64,000 nt of DNA from the NCBI RefSeq assembly GCF_035634895.1, contig NZ_DASQCC010000100.1, positions 333 to 64,332 on the forward strand, read 5' to 3'. The stretch's first letter is position 1; every line of letters starts with the position of its first letter. The translations under genes and the position numbers were made by a program. The notes under the pieces were generated by a model. It was not told the origin of the DNA. It did no database searches and worked only from the letters and a program-made list of their open reading frames with translations. Shown here one piece after another: positions 37,217 to 46,561 of this stretch. Source of the DNA: Actinophytocola sp. GTDB taxonomy: Bacteria > Actinomycetota > Actinomycetes > Mycobacteriales > Pseudonocardiaceae.

Positions 37217-38605
37217 CTAGGCCATCGAGAACATCGAGCCCGGGTTGAACAGGTTGTCCGGGTCCAGGGCCGCCTTGATCGCACGATGGGTGCGCATCGC
37301 GACGGGGCCCAGCTCTCGTTCCAGCCAGTCTCGTTTTATCTTTCCTATGCCGTGTTCGCCGGTCACCGTGCCGCCCAGGGCCAGGCCTGCCGCCAGGATG
37401 CCGTTGAACGCCACGTTCGCCCTGGCGAACTCGTCCTCCGAGGTCGCGTCGTAGACGATCGTGGGGTGCATGTTGCCGTCGCCGGCGTGGCCGACCACCG
37501 CTATGCGTAGGTCGACCTCTCTCGAGATCTTCTCGCAGGTGGCTATCAGCTCGGCGATCCTGTTCCTCGGCACGCACACATCGTCGGTCATCCAGGCGCC
37601 GTAGAGCTCCAGTGCCGGCAGCACCGCGCGGCGGGCCGCCAGCAGCATCGATCCCTCGGCCGGGTCGAACGTCGAGTGGACCAGGTCGGCGCCCACGTCC
37701 TCGCACACCTGCTCGATCGCCCGCAGCTCCTGCCTCGCCGCTTCCCCGCCCGAGTCCGACTGGCACAGCAGCAGCGCCGCGCAGCCCTTCCCCGCGCCCA
37801 GCTCCGTCTTCAGGTGGGCCTCCACCGCGGCGATCGACGTCGCGTCCATGATCTCCATCAGGGACGGCACGATCCCTTCTCGCACGATCCTGCTCACCGC
37901 AGCGCCGGCGGTCTCCATCGCCGAGAACGCCGCCACCATCGTGCCCGGGGCCTGTGGCAGCGGCCGCAACGCCAGCGTCGCCTGGGTGATCACGCCCAGC
38001 GTGCCCTCGCTGCCCACGAACAGCTTCGTCAGGTCGTAGCCCGCCACGCCCTTCACGGTGCGGCGGCCCGTCCGCAGGATCTCGCCGTCCGCCAGGACGA
38101 CCTCCAGGCCCAGCACGGAGTCCGTGGTCACCCCGTACTTCACGCAGCACAGGCCGCCCGCGTTCGTGGACACGTTGCCGCCGATCGTGCACCAGTCGTA
38201 GCTCGACGGGTCCGGTGGGTAGAACAGGCCGTGCTTCTCCACGGCGCTCCGCAGGTCCAGGTTCACCACGCCCGGCTGGACCACCGCCAGCCGGTTGTCC
38301 GGGTCGATCTCCACGATCTCGTTCATCCTGGTCATCGCCAGTACGACACAACCCTCGATCGCGTTCGCCGCGCCGGACAACCCCGAGCCGGCGCCCCTTG
38401 GCACGACCGGCACCGCCGCCGCCGCCGCGCAGGCTCGGACCACCGCCTGCACCTCTGTCGCGGTCCGGGGCAGCACCACCGCCAGTGGTCGCCCGTGCGG
38501 GGCCAGCGGCATCATGTCGCGGCGATAACTCTCCGTCACATCTGGGTCGACGAGCACCGCGCTGTCCCCCACCGCCGTGCGAAGGTCGTCCAGGATAGTG
38601 CTCAT
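37217..38605 (-). CDS. FAD-binding oxidoreductase (GlcD / D-lactate dehydrogenase-like)
   Basis: PRGAGSGLSG FAD-binding PCMH motif, GTLGVIT and GEHGIGK, 462 aa. Confidence 0.9.
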   Translation of the reverse strand: MSTILDDLRTAVGDSAVLVDPDVTESYRRDMMPLAPHGRPLAVVLPRTATEVQAVVRACAAAAAVPVVPRGAGSGLSGAANAIEGCVVLAMTRMNEIVEIDPDNRLAVVQPGVVNLDLRSAVEKHGLFYPPDPSSYDWCTIGGNVSTNAGGLCCVKYGVTTDSVLGLEVVLADGEILRTGRRTVKGVAGYDLTKLFVGSEGTLGVITQATLALRPLPQAPGTMVAAFSAMETAGAAVSRIVREGIVPSLMEIMDATSIAAVEAHLKTELGAGKGCAALLLCQSDSGGEAARQELRAIEQVCEDVGADLVHSTFDPAEGSMLLAARRAVLPALELYGAWMTDDVCVPRNRIAELIATCEKISREVDLRIAVVGHAGDGNMHPTIVYDATSEDEFARANVAFNGILAAGLALGGTVTGEHGIGKIKRDWLERELGPVAMRTHRAIKAALDPDNLFNPGSMFSMA

Positions 38606-38727
38606 GCCCTCACGTTAACCGGGTGCTTGAGCGAAATTCGAGTGCTTCGACCAACACTCGACCAGGTGAAGGCGTGACACCGAACCGAGATCCACATTCT
38701 CTGTGATCCGCCACTCGATCGTTTATC

Positions 38728-39753
38728 GTGGTTGACAGGTCAATGATGACTGCCGAGCAGGAGGGCGGGGGTGCGATGACGCGGCCTGCGGTGCCTACGA
38801 GCCCCAGCGTCCAGAGCCGGGCCCTCGCGCAACTGCTCATGAGCGGTCTTCGACCGATCGGCGACCGGATGAGCGTCACGAGCTGGCCGCAGCGACGGCT
38901 GGTTCGCGAGGTCTTCGACACCGTCGGCCTGACCCCGTTGCCCCGCGGCACCCGGTTGGCGGCAGTAGCGGACGGTGACGTTCACGGGTTGTGGCTCACC
39001 GGCCGGGGTGCCGATCCGGCGAACGGCGTCGTCCTGTACCTCCACGGCGGTGGCTTCGTGTTCGGGTCCCGGCGCACGCACCGGCACCTCGCCGCGGCCC
39101 TGTCGGTCGCGACCAGGCGTCCCGTGCTCCTGGTGGACTACCGGCGGGCGCCCGAGCACCCCTTCCCGGCCGCCGCCGACGACGTGCTCGCCGCCTACAG
39201 ATGGCTGCTGCGGACGGGGCACACGCCGGAGAGCATCACCGTCATGGGTGACTCGGCCGGCGGCCACCTGACCGCGGGCCTGCTCGCGGACCTGTCCCGG
39301 CGCCGCGTCCCCATGCCGGCCGCCGCGGTCATGTTCTCGCCGTTCCTCGACCTGGGCTGTGCCGAGGTGGCCGAACGCGACGCGGTACGGCGTGACCCGT
39401 TCGTGCCACCCCAACGGGCGATCGAGTGCGGGCTCAGCTACGCGGGGACATACTCACTCACCCACCGCAGGATCAACGTGCTCGGCGCGAGCAAGCGCCG
39501 CTGGCCACCGGTGCTGATCCAGGTCGGCGACACCGAGTGCCTCCTGGGCGACTCCGAACGGATGGCCGAGAGCATCAGAGCCGCCGGCGCGCACTGCGAG
39601 CTGCAGGTGTGGCCGGGTCAGGTGCACGTGTTCCCGGCGTTCTACCCGCTGATCCCGGAAGGACGGGCGGCCGTCAGGTATGTGGGTGACTTCGTGCGTA
39701 CCCATTCCACCGTTGGCGTCACGGAACAGGACATCATCGCCACCGCCAGTTGA
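38728..39753 (+). CDS. alpha/beta hydrolase (hormone-sensitive-lipase-like esterase, fold-3)
   Basis: LHGGGF oxyanion motif, GDSAGGHL nucleophile elbow and a C-terminal His region. The start is uncertain (GTG 38728 or ATGs at 38743/38746). Confidence 0.85.
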   Translation: MVDRSMMTAEQEGGGAMTRPAVPTSPSVQSRALAQLLMSGLRPIGDRMSVTSWPQRRLVREVFDTVGLTPLPRGTRLAAVADGDVHGLWLTGRGADPANGVVLYLHGGGFVFGSRRTHRHLAAALSVATRRPVLLVDYRRAPEHPFPAAADDVLAAYRWLLRTGHTPESITVMGDSAGGHLTAGLLADLSRRRVPMPAAAVMFSPFLDLGCAEVAERDAVRRDPFVPPQRAIECGLSYAGTYSLTHRRINVLGASKRRWPPVLIQVGDTECLLGDSERMAESIRAAGAHCELQVWPGQVHVFPAFYPLIPEGRAAVRYVGDFVRTHSTVGVTEQDIIATAS

Positions 39754-39827
39754 CACGATGGTGGAGATCGGGCGAATTCGGGCACGTTCGGCGTACGCCG
39801 CCGAAGTGGACACGTACGCTACCTGTC

Positions 39828-40493
39828 GTGAGTTCAGTGGCTGAGGCGAGCGCGGTGGCCAGCGGCGTGCTCGAATCCGCCGGGCCCGTGATGGTGTGGA
39901 TCATCGTACTCGGGTTCGTGTTCACGGAGTGTGCCTTCATCATCGGCCTGTTCCTGCCGGGTGACGTCCTGCTGTTCGGAGCCGGCGTCGTGCTGGCCGA
40001 ACACCACGCGGAACTGCAGGCGTGGGCGCTCTCCGTCGTCGCACTGGTGACCGCGGTGGTCGGCAACATGGTCGGCTACTACATCGGCGCCAAGGCCGGC
40101 CACACGCTCATCGCGCGACGCGGCGGACGGGTGCTCAACGTCGAGAACCTCGCCAAGGCACGCGACTTCCTCGACCGGCGCGGCTTCTGGGCCATCGTCC
40201 TGGCGCGGTGGATCCCGTGGGTCCGCACGCTGGCGCCGCTGATCGCGGGCGCGGCCAAGATGGACAACCGCCGGTTCATGTTCGCCACGACGATCGGCGG
40301 CCTGGCCTGGGTGCCGACGCTCGTGCTGCTCGGCTACTACGGCGCGGGCCTGCTGGACAACCTGCCGTGGCTCAAGGCCGTGGCGCTGTGGGGCAGCATC
40401 GCGTTCTTCGTCGGCGGGACCGCGTACGGCGTGTTCCGCTACCGGCAGGAGATGCGCAAGCCGCCGGTGGAGGACACGGTCACCCGCGCGTGA
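39828..40493 (+). CDS. DedA family membrane protein (second paralog)
   Basis: GTG 39828 is preferred over the ORF maximum 39750. FTECAFIIGLFLPGDVLLF and ARWIPWVRTL. Confidence 0.85.
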   Translation: MSSVAEASAVASGVLESAGPVMVWIIVLGFVFTECAFIIGLFLPGDVLLFGAGVVLAEHHAELQAWALSVVALVTAVVGNMVGYYIGAKAGHTLIARRGGRVLNVENLAKARDFLDRRGFWAIVLARWIPWVRTLAPLIAGAAKMDNRRFMFATTIGGLAWVPTLVLLGYYGAGLLDNLPWLKAVALWGSIAFFVGGTAYGVFRYRQEMRKPPVEDTVTRA

Positions 40494-40545
40494 GCGGGCC
40501 GACTGAGCAGCGTCGGACACGCGCGCACACAAGGAGCAGGACCAG

Positions 40546-40953
40546 CTAGGGCTGGCGGGCCCAGAGCACGAGCTGGATGCCGTCCGGGTCACGCATCGAG
40601 ATGACCTCGGTGCCCGGCGCCGAGTGCTCCTCGGTGATCGGTGAGAAGGTCACGCCGTGCTCGTTGAGCCGCTCGGTCCACTCCTTCAGGCCGGCCCGGT
40701 CCGGCACGGAGAACGTCAGGTGGTCCAGACCTGGCCGGCGCTCGTCGAACCGCGTGTACTCCGACACCGGGTGCTGCACGAGGGTCAGGGAGATGCCGAG
40801 CCCGGGGCCGCGTAAGAAGGCCTTCCGCATGCCGGAGGGTGACTCGTCCTTGCCGATCGACTCGAACCCCAGCACCCGCTCGTACCACGGGACGCTTCGG
40901 TCGACGTCGGTGACGGTGAGCGCGACATGGTGAACACCGGTCAGCGTGGGCAT
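40546..40953 (-). CDS. VOC (glyoxalase/bleomycin-resistance/dioxygenase) family protein
   Basis: ATG 40953. GVHHVALTVTDVDRSVPWYERVLGF and DPDGIQLVL, 135 aa. Confidence 0.85.
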   Translation of the reverse strand: MPTLTGVHHVALTVTDVDRSVPWYERVLGFESIGKDESPSGMRKAFLRGPGLGISLTLVQHPVSEYTRFDERRPGLDHLTFSVPDRAGLKEWTERLNEHGVTFSPITEEHSAPGTEVISMRDPDGIQLVLWARQP

Positions 40954-41122
40954 CAGAGTCCTTCCCGACCCGGGGTTGCGGGCCGCCTCAGCCATAGTGC
41001 CGCAGCTCTCCGACAAAACCCCCGCCGTTATCGGATCTTCTGCATGCCGCAACCACCTCAGCGATAACCGCTGGTTAGCGGTGTGCACCGGTGACGTCTC
41101 ACGCCGGTGGCACGATGCGCGG

Positions 41123-41863
41123 ATGACTGGAGTGCTCGTGGTGACCGGTGGCAGCAGGGGAATCGGGGCGGCCGTGTGCAGGTTGGCCGCGGATCGGGGC
41201 TACGACGTGGTGGTGAACTATGCCGCCGACTCGACCGCCGCGCAAGATGTGGTCGGCGGTCTGACCAATGTGCGGGCCGTGGCGGTCGCCGGCGACGTGT
41301 CCGACGCGGACGACGTGACCCGCCTGTTCGACGCGGCCGCGTCGCTGGGCCCGCTGGCCGGGCTTGTCAACAACGCCGGCATCACCGGCAACACGCCGGG
41401 CCGGCTGGACGAGCACGATCCCGAGGTGGTGCGCCGCGTGCTCGACGTGAACGTGACCGGCGTGTTCCTGTGCGCCCGCGAGGCCGTGCGGCGGATGTCG
41501 ACGCGGTACGGCGGGCAGGGCGGGGCGATCGTGAACGTCTCGTCGACCGCCGCGCACCGCGGGTCGCCGGGCGAGTGGGTGCCGTACGCGGCCAGCAAGG
41601 CGGCGGTCGAGACCATGACCCTCGGCCTGGCAAAGGAGGTCGCCGCCGAGGGCATCCGGGTGAACGCCGTCGCGCCGGGCCTGGTGCACACGGACCTGCA
41701 CGCGGCGGCCGGCATGCCCGACCGTCCCGACCGCATCGCGCCCATGATCCCGATGCGGCGCGCGGGACAGCCGGACGAGATCGCCGAGGGGATCGTGTGG
41801 CTGCTCTCGCCGGCCGCGTCCTTCGTCACGGGCGCGGTCCTGCCGATCAGCGGCGGCTTCTGA
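41123..41863 (+). CDS. SDR family oxidoreductase
   Basis: ATG 41123. VVTGGSRGIG, NNAG, YAASKAA, PGLVHTD. Confidence 0.9.
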   Translation: MTGVLVVTGGSRGIGAAVCRLAADRGYDVVVNYAADSTAAQDVVGGLTNVRAVAVAGDVSDADDVTRLFDAAASLGPLAGLVNNAGITGNTPGRLDEHDPEVVRRVLDVNVTGVFLCAREAVRRMSTRYGGQGGAIVNVSSTAAHRGSPGEWVPYAASKAAVETMTLGLAKEVAAEGIRVNAVAPGLVHTDLHAAAGMPDRPDRIAPMIPMRRAGQPDEIAEGIVWLLSPAASFVTGAVLPISGGF

Positions 41864-41869
41864 CCCGCA

Positions 41870-43054
41870 CTAACCGCGCTCCAGCAGGGCCGCCGCCTCC
41901 AGCACCATCCAGCCGGACAGTTGCACCGAGAGATCCAGCTCGACGCGGCGGTGTGCCGGTGAGCGGGGCACGCGGGCCGGCTGCGACCACTCGGGCCCGA
42001 ACAACGGGCCGGACCGGGCAAGGGCCCGGTTGCGCCACGCCGCCGCGGCCGAGCCGAGCACCAGCTCGCGCGCGACGCCGGCGGCCGGCGAGTCCAGGCG
42101 CAGCGCGGCCTGGGCCAGGTAGCGGGCGAGGATGCCGGCGAACAGGCCGCCGTCGCCGCCGCCCCGGCCGCGCAGGACCCTGTCGTCGTTGAGGTGCGCG
42201 GCCACGGCGTAGATCGTGCGCTCGGCACGCTCGACCCAGACGCCGGACGAGTCGCCCTCGGCCAGCTCAACGCACGCGCCGATGTAGACGCCCTGGCAGT
42301 AGGTGTAGGTGACCTTGACGATGTCCTTGATCGACCCGTCCTGCTCGACGTAGACGCCGTCCCACAGCAGGCCGGTGCGCGGGTCGACCAGGACCTGCGA
42401 CATCCACTCGGTCATCGAGCGGGCCCGCTGGAGGTCGGCCTTCTCCCCACCGCGGTCCGCCCAACGCGTGAACAGGATCGCCGCCGGGCCGTTGGCCGGC
42501 ACGTTCTTGAACATGTCCCTGCGCCGCCACCAGATGCCGCCGCCCCCGTGGTCGGTCCAGCCGGCGCGCAGCTGAGCGGCGATCCGGGTCATCGCCGTCC
42601 TGACCGGGACGTCCTCGCAGTCGTTCGCCCGCATCAGCGCGAGGCCCAGCCAGGCTACGTCGTCGTAGTAGTCGTTGGTCCACGAGCCGAAGTTGCGCAG
42701 GTGGATACCCCGGACCAGCTTGCTGATCGTGCCGGCGCGGGTGGCGTTCGGCTGGCGTTCCTGCGCGTCGACGAGGCAGTCCAACAGGTGCGCCTGCCAC
42801 CAGTAGTTCCAGTGGCCGTGCAGGCGGTTGCCCACCGACTGCGGCCAGCCGGCGACGCCCAGCCTCGTGCCGGGCAGTGCCCACACGCGGCGCACGTGAC
42901 GAGCGACGACGGCCCGTTCCGCCACCGCCGCCCTCGCACACCAGAGGGACGGCGAGTTCTCCGGCGGACTTTCCGCCGAGTCCAGGCGCTGCGTCACCTC
43001 TCCATCGTGCGTGCTGAATCGATTCCGATGACTCGGCCGGAAGAGTGATGTCAC
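41870..43054 (-). CDS. glycoside hydrolase family 76-like protein
   Basis: NYWWQAHLLDCLVDA, YYDDVAWLGLAL and GGIWW motifs resemble GH76 alpha-1,6-mannanase-like proteins. GTG 43054; a later start (GTG 42997) is possible. Confidence 0.65.
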   Translation of the reverse strand: MTSLFRPSHRNRFSTHDGEVTQRLDSAESPPENSPSLWCARAAVAERAVVARHVRRVWALPGTRLGVAGWPQSVGNRLHGHWNYWWQAHLLDCLVDAQERQPNATRAGTISKLVRGIHLRNFGSWTNDYYDDVAWLGLALMRANDCEDVPVRTAMTRIAAQLRAGWTDHGGGGIWWRRRDMFKNVPANGPAAILFTRWADRGGEKADLQRARSMTEWMSQVLVDPRTGLLWDGVYVEQDGSIKDIVKVTYTYCQGVYIGACVELAEGDSSGVWVERAERTIYAVAAHLNDDRVLRGRGGGDGGLFAGILARYLAQAALRLDSPAAGVARELVLGSAAAAWRNRALARSGPLFGPEWSQPARVPRSPAHRRVELDLSVQLSGWMVLEAAALLERG

Positions 43055-43077
43055 CGTCCTGTGTCACAGTTGGGGCT

Positions 43078-45219
43078 ATGACCACGGCGCCTGTGACCTG
43101 TCCCCTGTGCGAAGCGACGTGTGGGTTGTCGGTCTCGGTCGAGGACGACCGGGTTACTACGGTGCGTGGCGACGACGCCGACGTGTTCTCGCGGGGCTAC
43201 ATCTGCCCGAAGGGCGCGTCGCTGGGCGCGCTGCACCACGACCCCGACCGGTTGCGGCGGCCGATGGTGCGGCGGGACGGCGAGCTCGTCGAGGTCGGCT
43301 GGGACGAGGCCTTCGCGGAGATCGACCGGAGGCTCCCCGCACTGATCGCCGAGCATGGGCGGGACGCGGTCGGGGTGTACGCCGGTAACCCGTCGGTGCA
43401 CAACACGTCGACCTCGCTGTACGGGCCCGTGTTCTACAAGGCGCTGAACACCAGGAACTTCTACACGGCCAGCACCGTCGACCAGCTGCCGAAGCACTTC
43501 TCCGCCGGGCACATGTTCGGCCACGCGCTGACGATCCCGGTGCCGGACCTCGACCGGGTCGACCACCTGCTGATGCTCGGCGCGAACCCGCTCGTGTCCA
43601 ACGGCAGCCTGATGACCGCGCCGGACGTGCGTGGCCGGCTCAGGAAGCTGCGCGAACGCGGCGGCAAGCTCGTCGTGGTCGACCCCAAGCGGTCCCGCAC
43701 GGCCGAGCTGGCCGACGAGCACCACGCGATCCGGCCCGGCACGGACGCGTTGCTGCTGTTCGCACTCGTGCGGACGCTGTTCGCGGAGTCGCTGGTCGAC
43801 CTGCGCGACCTGCCGGTCAACGGCGTCGACGAGGTCCGCGCGCTGGCCACGCCCTTCACGCCGGAGGCCGTCGCGGCCCACGCGGGCCTGTCCGCCGACA
43901 CGATCCGCGGCATGGCCCGCGAGCTGGCGGCCGCCGAGCGGGCCGTCGTGTACGGCCGCATCGGCACGACCACGCAAACGTTTGGCACCCTCGCGAGCTG
44001 GCTGATCGACGTGCTCAACACCCTGACCGGCAACCTCGACCGCGAGGGTGGCGCCATGTTCCCGCTCGCCGCGGCGGGCCAGGCCAACGCACGGCCGGGG
44101 AAGAAGCGCCGCGAGTTCCGGACCGGCCGGTGGCACAGCCGGGTCCGCGGCCTGCCGGAGGTGATGGGCGAGCTGCCGGTGGCGACGCTCGCCGACGAGA
44201 TCCTGACCCCGGGCGACGGCCAGATCCGCGCGCTGATCACCGTGTGCGGCAACCCGTGCCTGTCCACCCCGAACGCAGGGCGGCTGGCGGAGGCGCTGGG
44301 CCGGCTGGACTTCATGGTGTCGCTGGACGTCTACCTCAACGAGACCAGCCGCCACGCGGACGTGATCCTGCCGGGGCCGACACCCCTGGAACGCCCGCAC
44401 TACGACCTGGCGCTGTACCAGCTTGCCGTCCGCAACGTCGCGAACTGGACGCCGGCCGTGCTGCCCACCGACGTGCCGCAGGAGTGGGAGACACTGCTGC
44501 GCCTGACCGGCGTCGTGATGGGCATGGGCGCGACGCCGGACCTAGCGGCGCTGGACGACTTCGTGGCCAACCAGATGGCGGAGCGCCACGGCGTCGAGGC
44601 CGGCGAGCGTCGAGGCCCGGAGCGGCTGGTCGACATCATGCTGCGTGGCGGCCCGTACGACCTGACGCTGGCCGACCTGGAGGCCGCGCCGCACGGTGTC
44701 GACCTCGGTGCGCTCGAGCCACGACTGCCCGACGTCCTGACGACGCCGTCCGGCCGCGTCGAGCTGGCGCCGGAAGCGATCACCGTGGACGTGCCGCGGC
44801 TGGTGGCGGCCCTGGACACGCCCGTGAACGGCGAGCTGCTGCTGATCGGCAGGCGACAGCTGTCGTCCAACAACTCGTGGATGCACAACCTCGAGCCGCT
44901 GGTCCGGGGCTCGAACCGGTGCACGGCACAGGTGCACCCGGACGACGCGGCCCGGCTCGGCCTGGTCGACGGCGCCACCGCGGTGGTCCGCTCGCGGGCC
45001 GGCAAGATCGAGGTGCCGGTCGAGATCACGGACACGATCCGGCCGGGCGTGGTGAGCATCCCGCACGGCTGGGGTCACGACGTGCAGGGCACCCGCACGG
45101 CGGTCGCACGTGCACATGCGGGTGTTAACACCAATGTGCTGGCCGACGACCTACTCCTTGACGCCCTCTCCGGCACGGCGGCGCTCAACGGCATCCCCGT
45201 CGAGATGGAGCGCGCCTGA
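43078..45219 (+). CDS. molybdopterin-dependent oxidoreductase (formate-dehydrogenase-like, 4Fe-4S N-terminal motif)
   Basis: ATG 43078. CPLCEATCG...C Fe-S motif, a molybdopterin oxidoreductase body and a C-terminal MopB_CT-like domain (VHPDDAARLGL...G). Confidence 0.9.
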   Translation: MTTAPVTCPLCEATCGLSVSVEDDRVTTVRGDDADVFSRGYICPKGASLGALHHDPDRLRRPMVRRDGELVEVGWDEAFAEIDRRLPALIAEHGRDAVGVYAGNPSVHNTSTSLYGPVFYKALNTRNFYTASTVDQLPKHFSAGHMFGHALTIPVPDLDRVDHLLMLGANPLVSNGSLMTAPDVRGRLRKLRERGGKLVVVDPKRSRTAELADEHHAIRPGTDALLLFALVRTLFAESLVDLRDLPVNGVDEVRALATPFTPEAVAAHAGLSADTIRGMARELAAAERAVVYGRIGTTTQTFGTLASWLIDVLNTLTGNLDREGGAMFPLAAAGQANARPGKKRREFRTGRWHSRVRGLPEVMGELPVATLADEILTPGDGQIRALITVCGNPCLSTPNAGRLAEALGRLDFMVSLDVYLNETSRHADVILPGPTPLERPHYDLALYQLAVRNVANWTPAVLPTDVPQEWETLLRLTGVVMGMGATPDLAALDDFVANQMAERHGVEAGERRGPERLVDIMLRGGPYDLTLADLEAAPHGVDLGALEPRLPDVLTTPSGRVELAPEAITVDVPRLVAALDTPVNGELLLIGRRQLSSNNSWMHNLEPLVRGSNRCTAQVHPDDAARLGLVDGATAVVRSRAGKIEVPVEITDTIRPGVVSIPHGWGHDVQGTRTAVARAHAGVNTNVLADDLLLDALSGTAALNGIPVEMERA

Positions 45220-45242
45220 ATCGCGCCGAATCACCGCGAATC
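45218..45242 (+). repeat. three GAATC pentamers at exact 10-bp spacing
   Basis: GAATC at 45218, 45228 and 45238. The first overlaps the stop of the molybdoenzyme gene. Further GAATC/GATTC copies occur up to 45405. Confidence 0.5.
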
Positions 45243-45348
45243 AGCTGATCACAGCCCGTCGACTGTATGCATGCTGTACATCGGATCGAGTGCTACACCT
45301 ACGGCTGAGTAGTCTCACGTTCAGTCTTGACTTTTGTGTGGTAAAACT

Positions 45349-45368
45349 GATCTGATTCGCATCAGATC
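45349..45368. promoter_or_regulatory. 20-bp palindrome GATCTGAT-TCGC-ATCAGATC upstream of the WhiJ-like regulator gene
   Basis: Perfect 8-bp arms, nested with GATTCG/CGAATC. Lies 46-65 nt upstream of ATG 45414 in a locally AT-richer gap. Confidence 0.5.
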
Positions 45369-45413
45369 GAATCATCTCGGTCATCGCCGGTCCTGGATGA
45401 CGGGAGGATTCGC

Positions 45414-46286
45414 ATGGACACCTCGGGTGGTTTGGGACCGCCGCCGACCGGAAGGGAGCGGTTGGCGACGGAACTACGCAAGTTGCGCGACATCGCCGGA
45501 GTCTCCGGGCGAGAGCTCGCACACCGCATCGGCATCAGCCAGTCCAAGGTGTCCCGGATCGAGTCGGGCGCCGTCGTCCCGTCCCTTCCGGAGGTCACGG
45601 CTTGGGGAAAGGAGCTGGGCGTGTCCGTCGAGACCCAGGCGCGGCTCACGGGAATGACCGAGGCGGCATACAACGAGGTGCATCCGTGGGGGGCCGCGGT
45701 TCGTCTCGGCAACCTGCAGGAGGGGGTCCAGGAGCATGAGTCGACCGCGACACGGATAGCGGTGTTCCAGCCGTCGGTCGTGCCGGGTTTACTGCAGATC
45801 GCGGGATACGCGCAGCGTGTGATCGCACTGTTCCACCGGCAGTACAGCGAGACCGACCAGGCCGCCGAGATCGCGAGCAGGCTGGACCGGCAGCTCGCGC
45901 TCTACGACACGAACCGCCACTTCGACTTCCTCGTCACGGAGGCGGCGCTGCGTTGGCGGCCCGGGCCGGCGCAACTGCTGATCGCCCAGCTCGAGCGCAT
46001 CATGTCGATCGGCTCGCTGGAGAACGTGTCGATAGGACTGATCCCGCTGAGCGCCCAGGCCACCACCCTCACCACACACGGGTTCGTGCTGTACGAGGGC
46101 GAGCACCAGGACTCGTGGGTCACCGTCGAAACCATTCACGCCGACATGAAGGTGGCCGCGCCGGAGCACGTCGAGATCTACCGCTCCCGCTGGTCCCTTC
46201 TCCGCAGGATGGCGTTGTTCGATGCAGATGCACAGGATTTCATGGGGGGGATTATCGATGACCTCCGCAGCGCGCCAGTCCAATAA
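45414..46286 (+). CDS. XRE-family HTH regulator with DUF5753-like C-terminal domain (WhiJ-like)
   Basis: LRKLRDIAGVSGRELAHRIGISQSKVSRIESG HTH. C-terminal region with QPSVVPGLLQIAGYA..., typical of Streptomyces WhiJ-type paralogs. Confidence 0.8.
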   Translation: MDTSGGLGPPPTGRERLATELRKLRDIAGVSGRELAHRIGISQSKVSRIESGAVVPSLPEVTAWGKELGVSVETQARLTGMTEAAYNEVHPWGAAVRLGNLQEGVQEHESTATRIAVFQPSVVPGLLQIAGYAQRVIALFHRQYSETDQAAEIASRLDRQLALYDTNRHFDFLVTEAALRWRPGPAQLLIAQLERIMSIGSLENVSIGLIPLSAQATTLTTHGFVLYEGEHQDSWVTVETIHADMKVAAPEHVEIYRSRWSLLRRMALFDADAQDFMGGIIDDLRSAPVQ

Positions 46287-46297
46287 GACAACCGCCG

Positions 46298-46495
46298 CTA
46301 ATCTCTGGCCAGCAATCCGGCGAACGAGTCCCACCCGCGCCGGGTGAACAGCAACACAGGGCCGTCGGGATCCTTGGAGTTCCGCACTCCGACGATCTCC
46401 GTTCTGGTCACCTCCACGCAGTCACCGCCCTCGCTGAAGCTGCTCTTGGCGAAGGTGGCGTGCGTCCGAATCCAGCTCTCGAATTGGCCGTCCAT
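46298..46495 (-). CDS. DUF397 domain-containing protein (BldB-like)
   Basis: 65 aa from ATG 46495. FAKSSFSEGGDCVEVT...VRNSKDPDGPVLLFTRRGWDSF is the DUF397 signature. Confidence 0.85.
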   Translation of the reverse strand: MDGQFESWIRTHATFAKSSFSEGGDCVEVTRTEIVGVRNSKDPDGPVLLFTRRGWDSFAGLLARD

Positions 46496-46561
46496 GATGT
46501 CAATAAACACCGAAGGTGAGAGATGGCGAAAGAGGTAAGCTTTCTTTCTACCAAAACTGTC

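Noticed and set aside
38631-38660. A HAIR-like sequence CTTGAGC-GAAATTC-GAGTGCT in the glcD-like/esterase divergent region.
   Set aside because: Only the left half matches HAIR. The right half is not ACTCAAG.
43055-43077. A 23-bp divergent gap between the GH76-like gene (GTG 43054) and the molybdoenzyme gene (ATG 43078), considered as an unusual shared promoter.
   Set aside because: The GH76-like start is probably further downstream (for example GTG 42997, since the first ~20 residues are unconserved-looking). The gap is then larger and unremarkable.
45218-45405. GAATC repeats as a CRISPR-like or tandem-repeat array.
   Set aside because: The units are 5 nt with non-conserved 5-nt spacers, and only three are phased. 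There are no cas genes. The pattern is consistent with protein-binding sites, not CRISPR.
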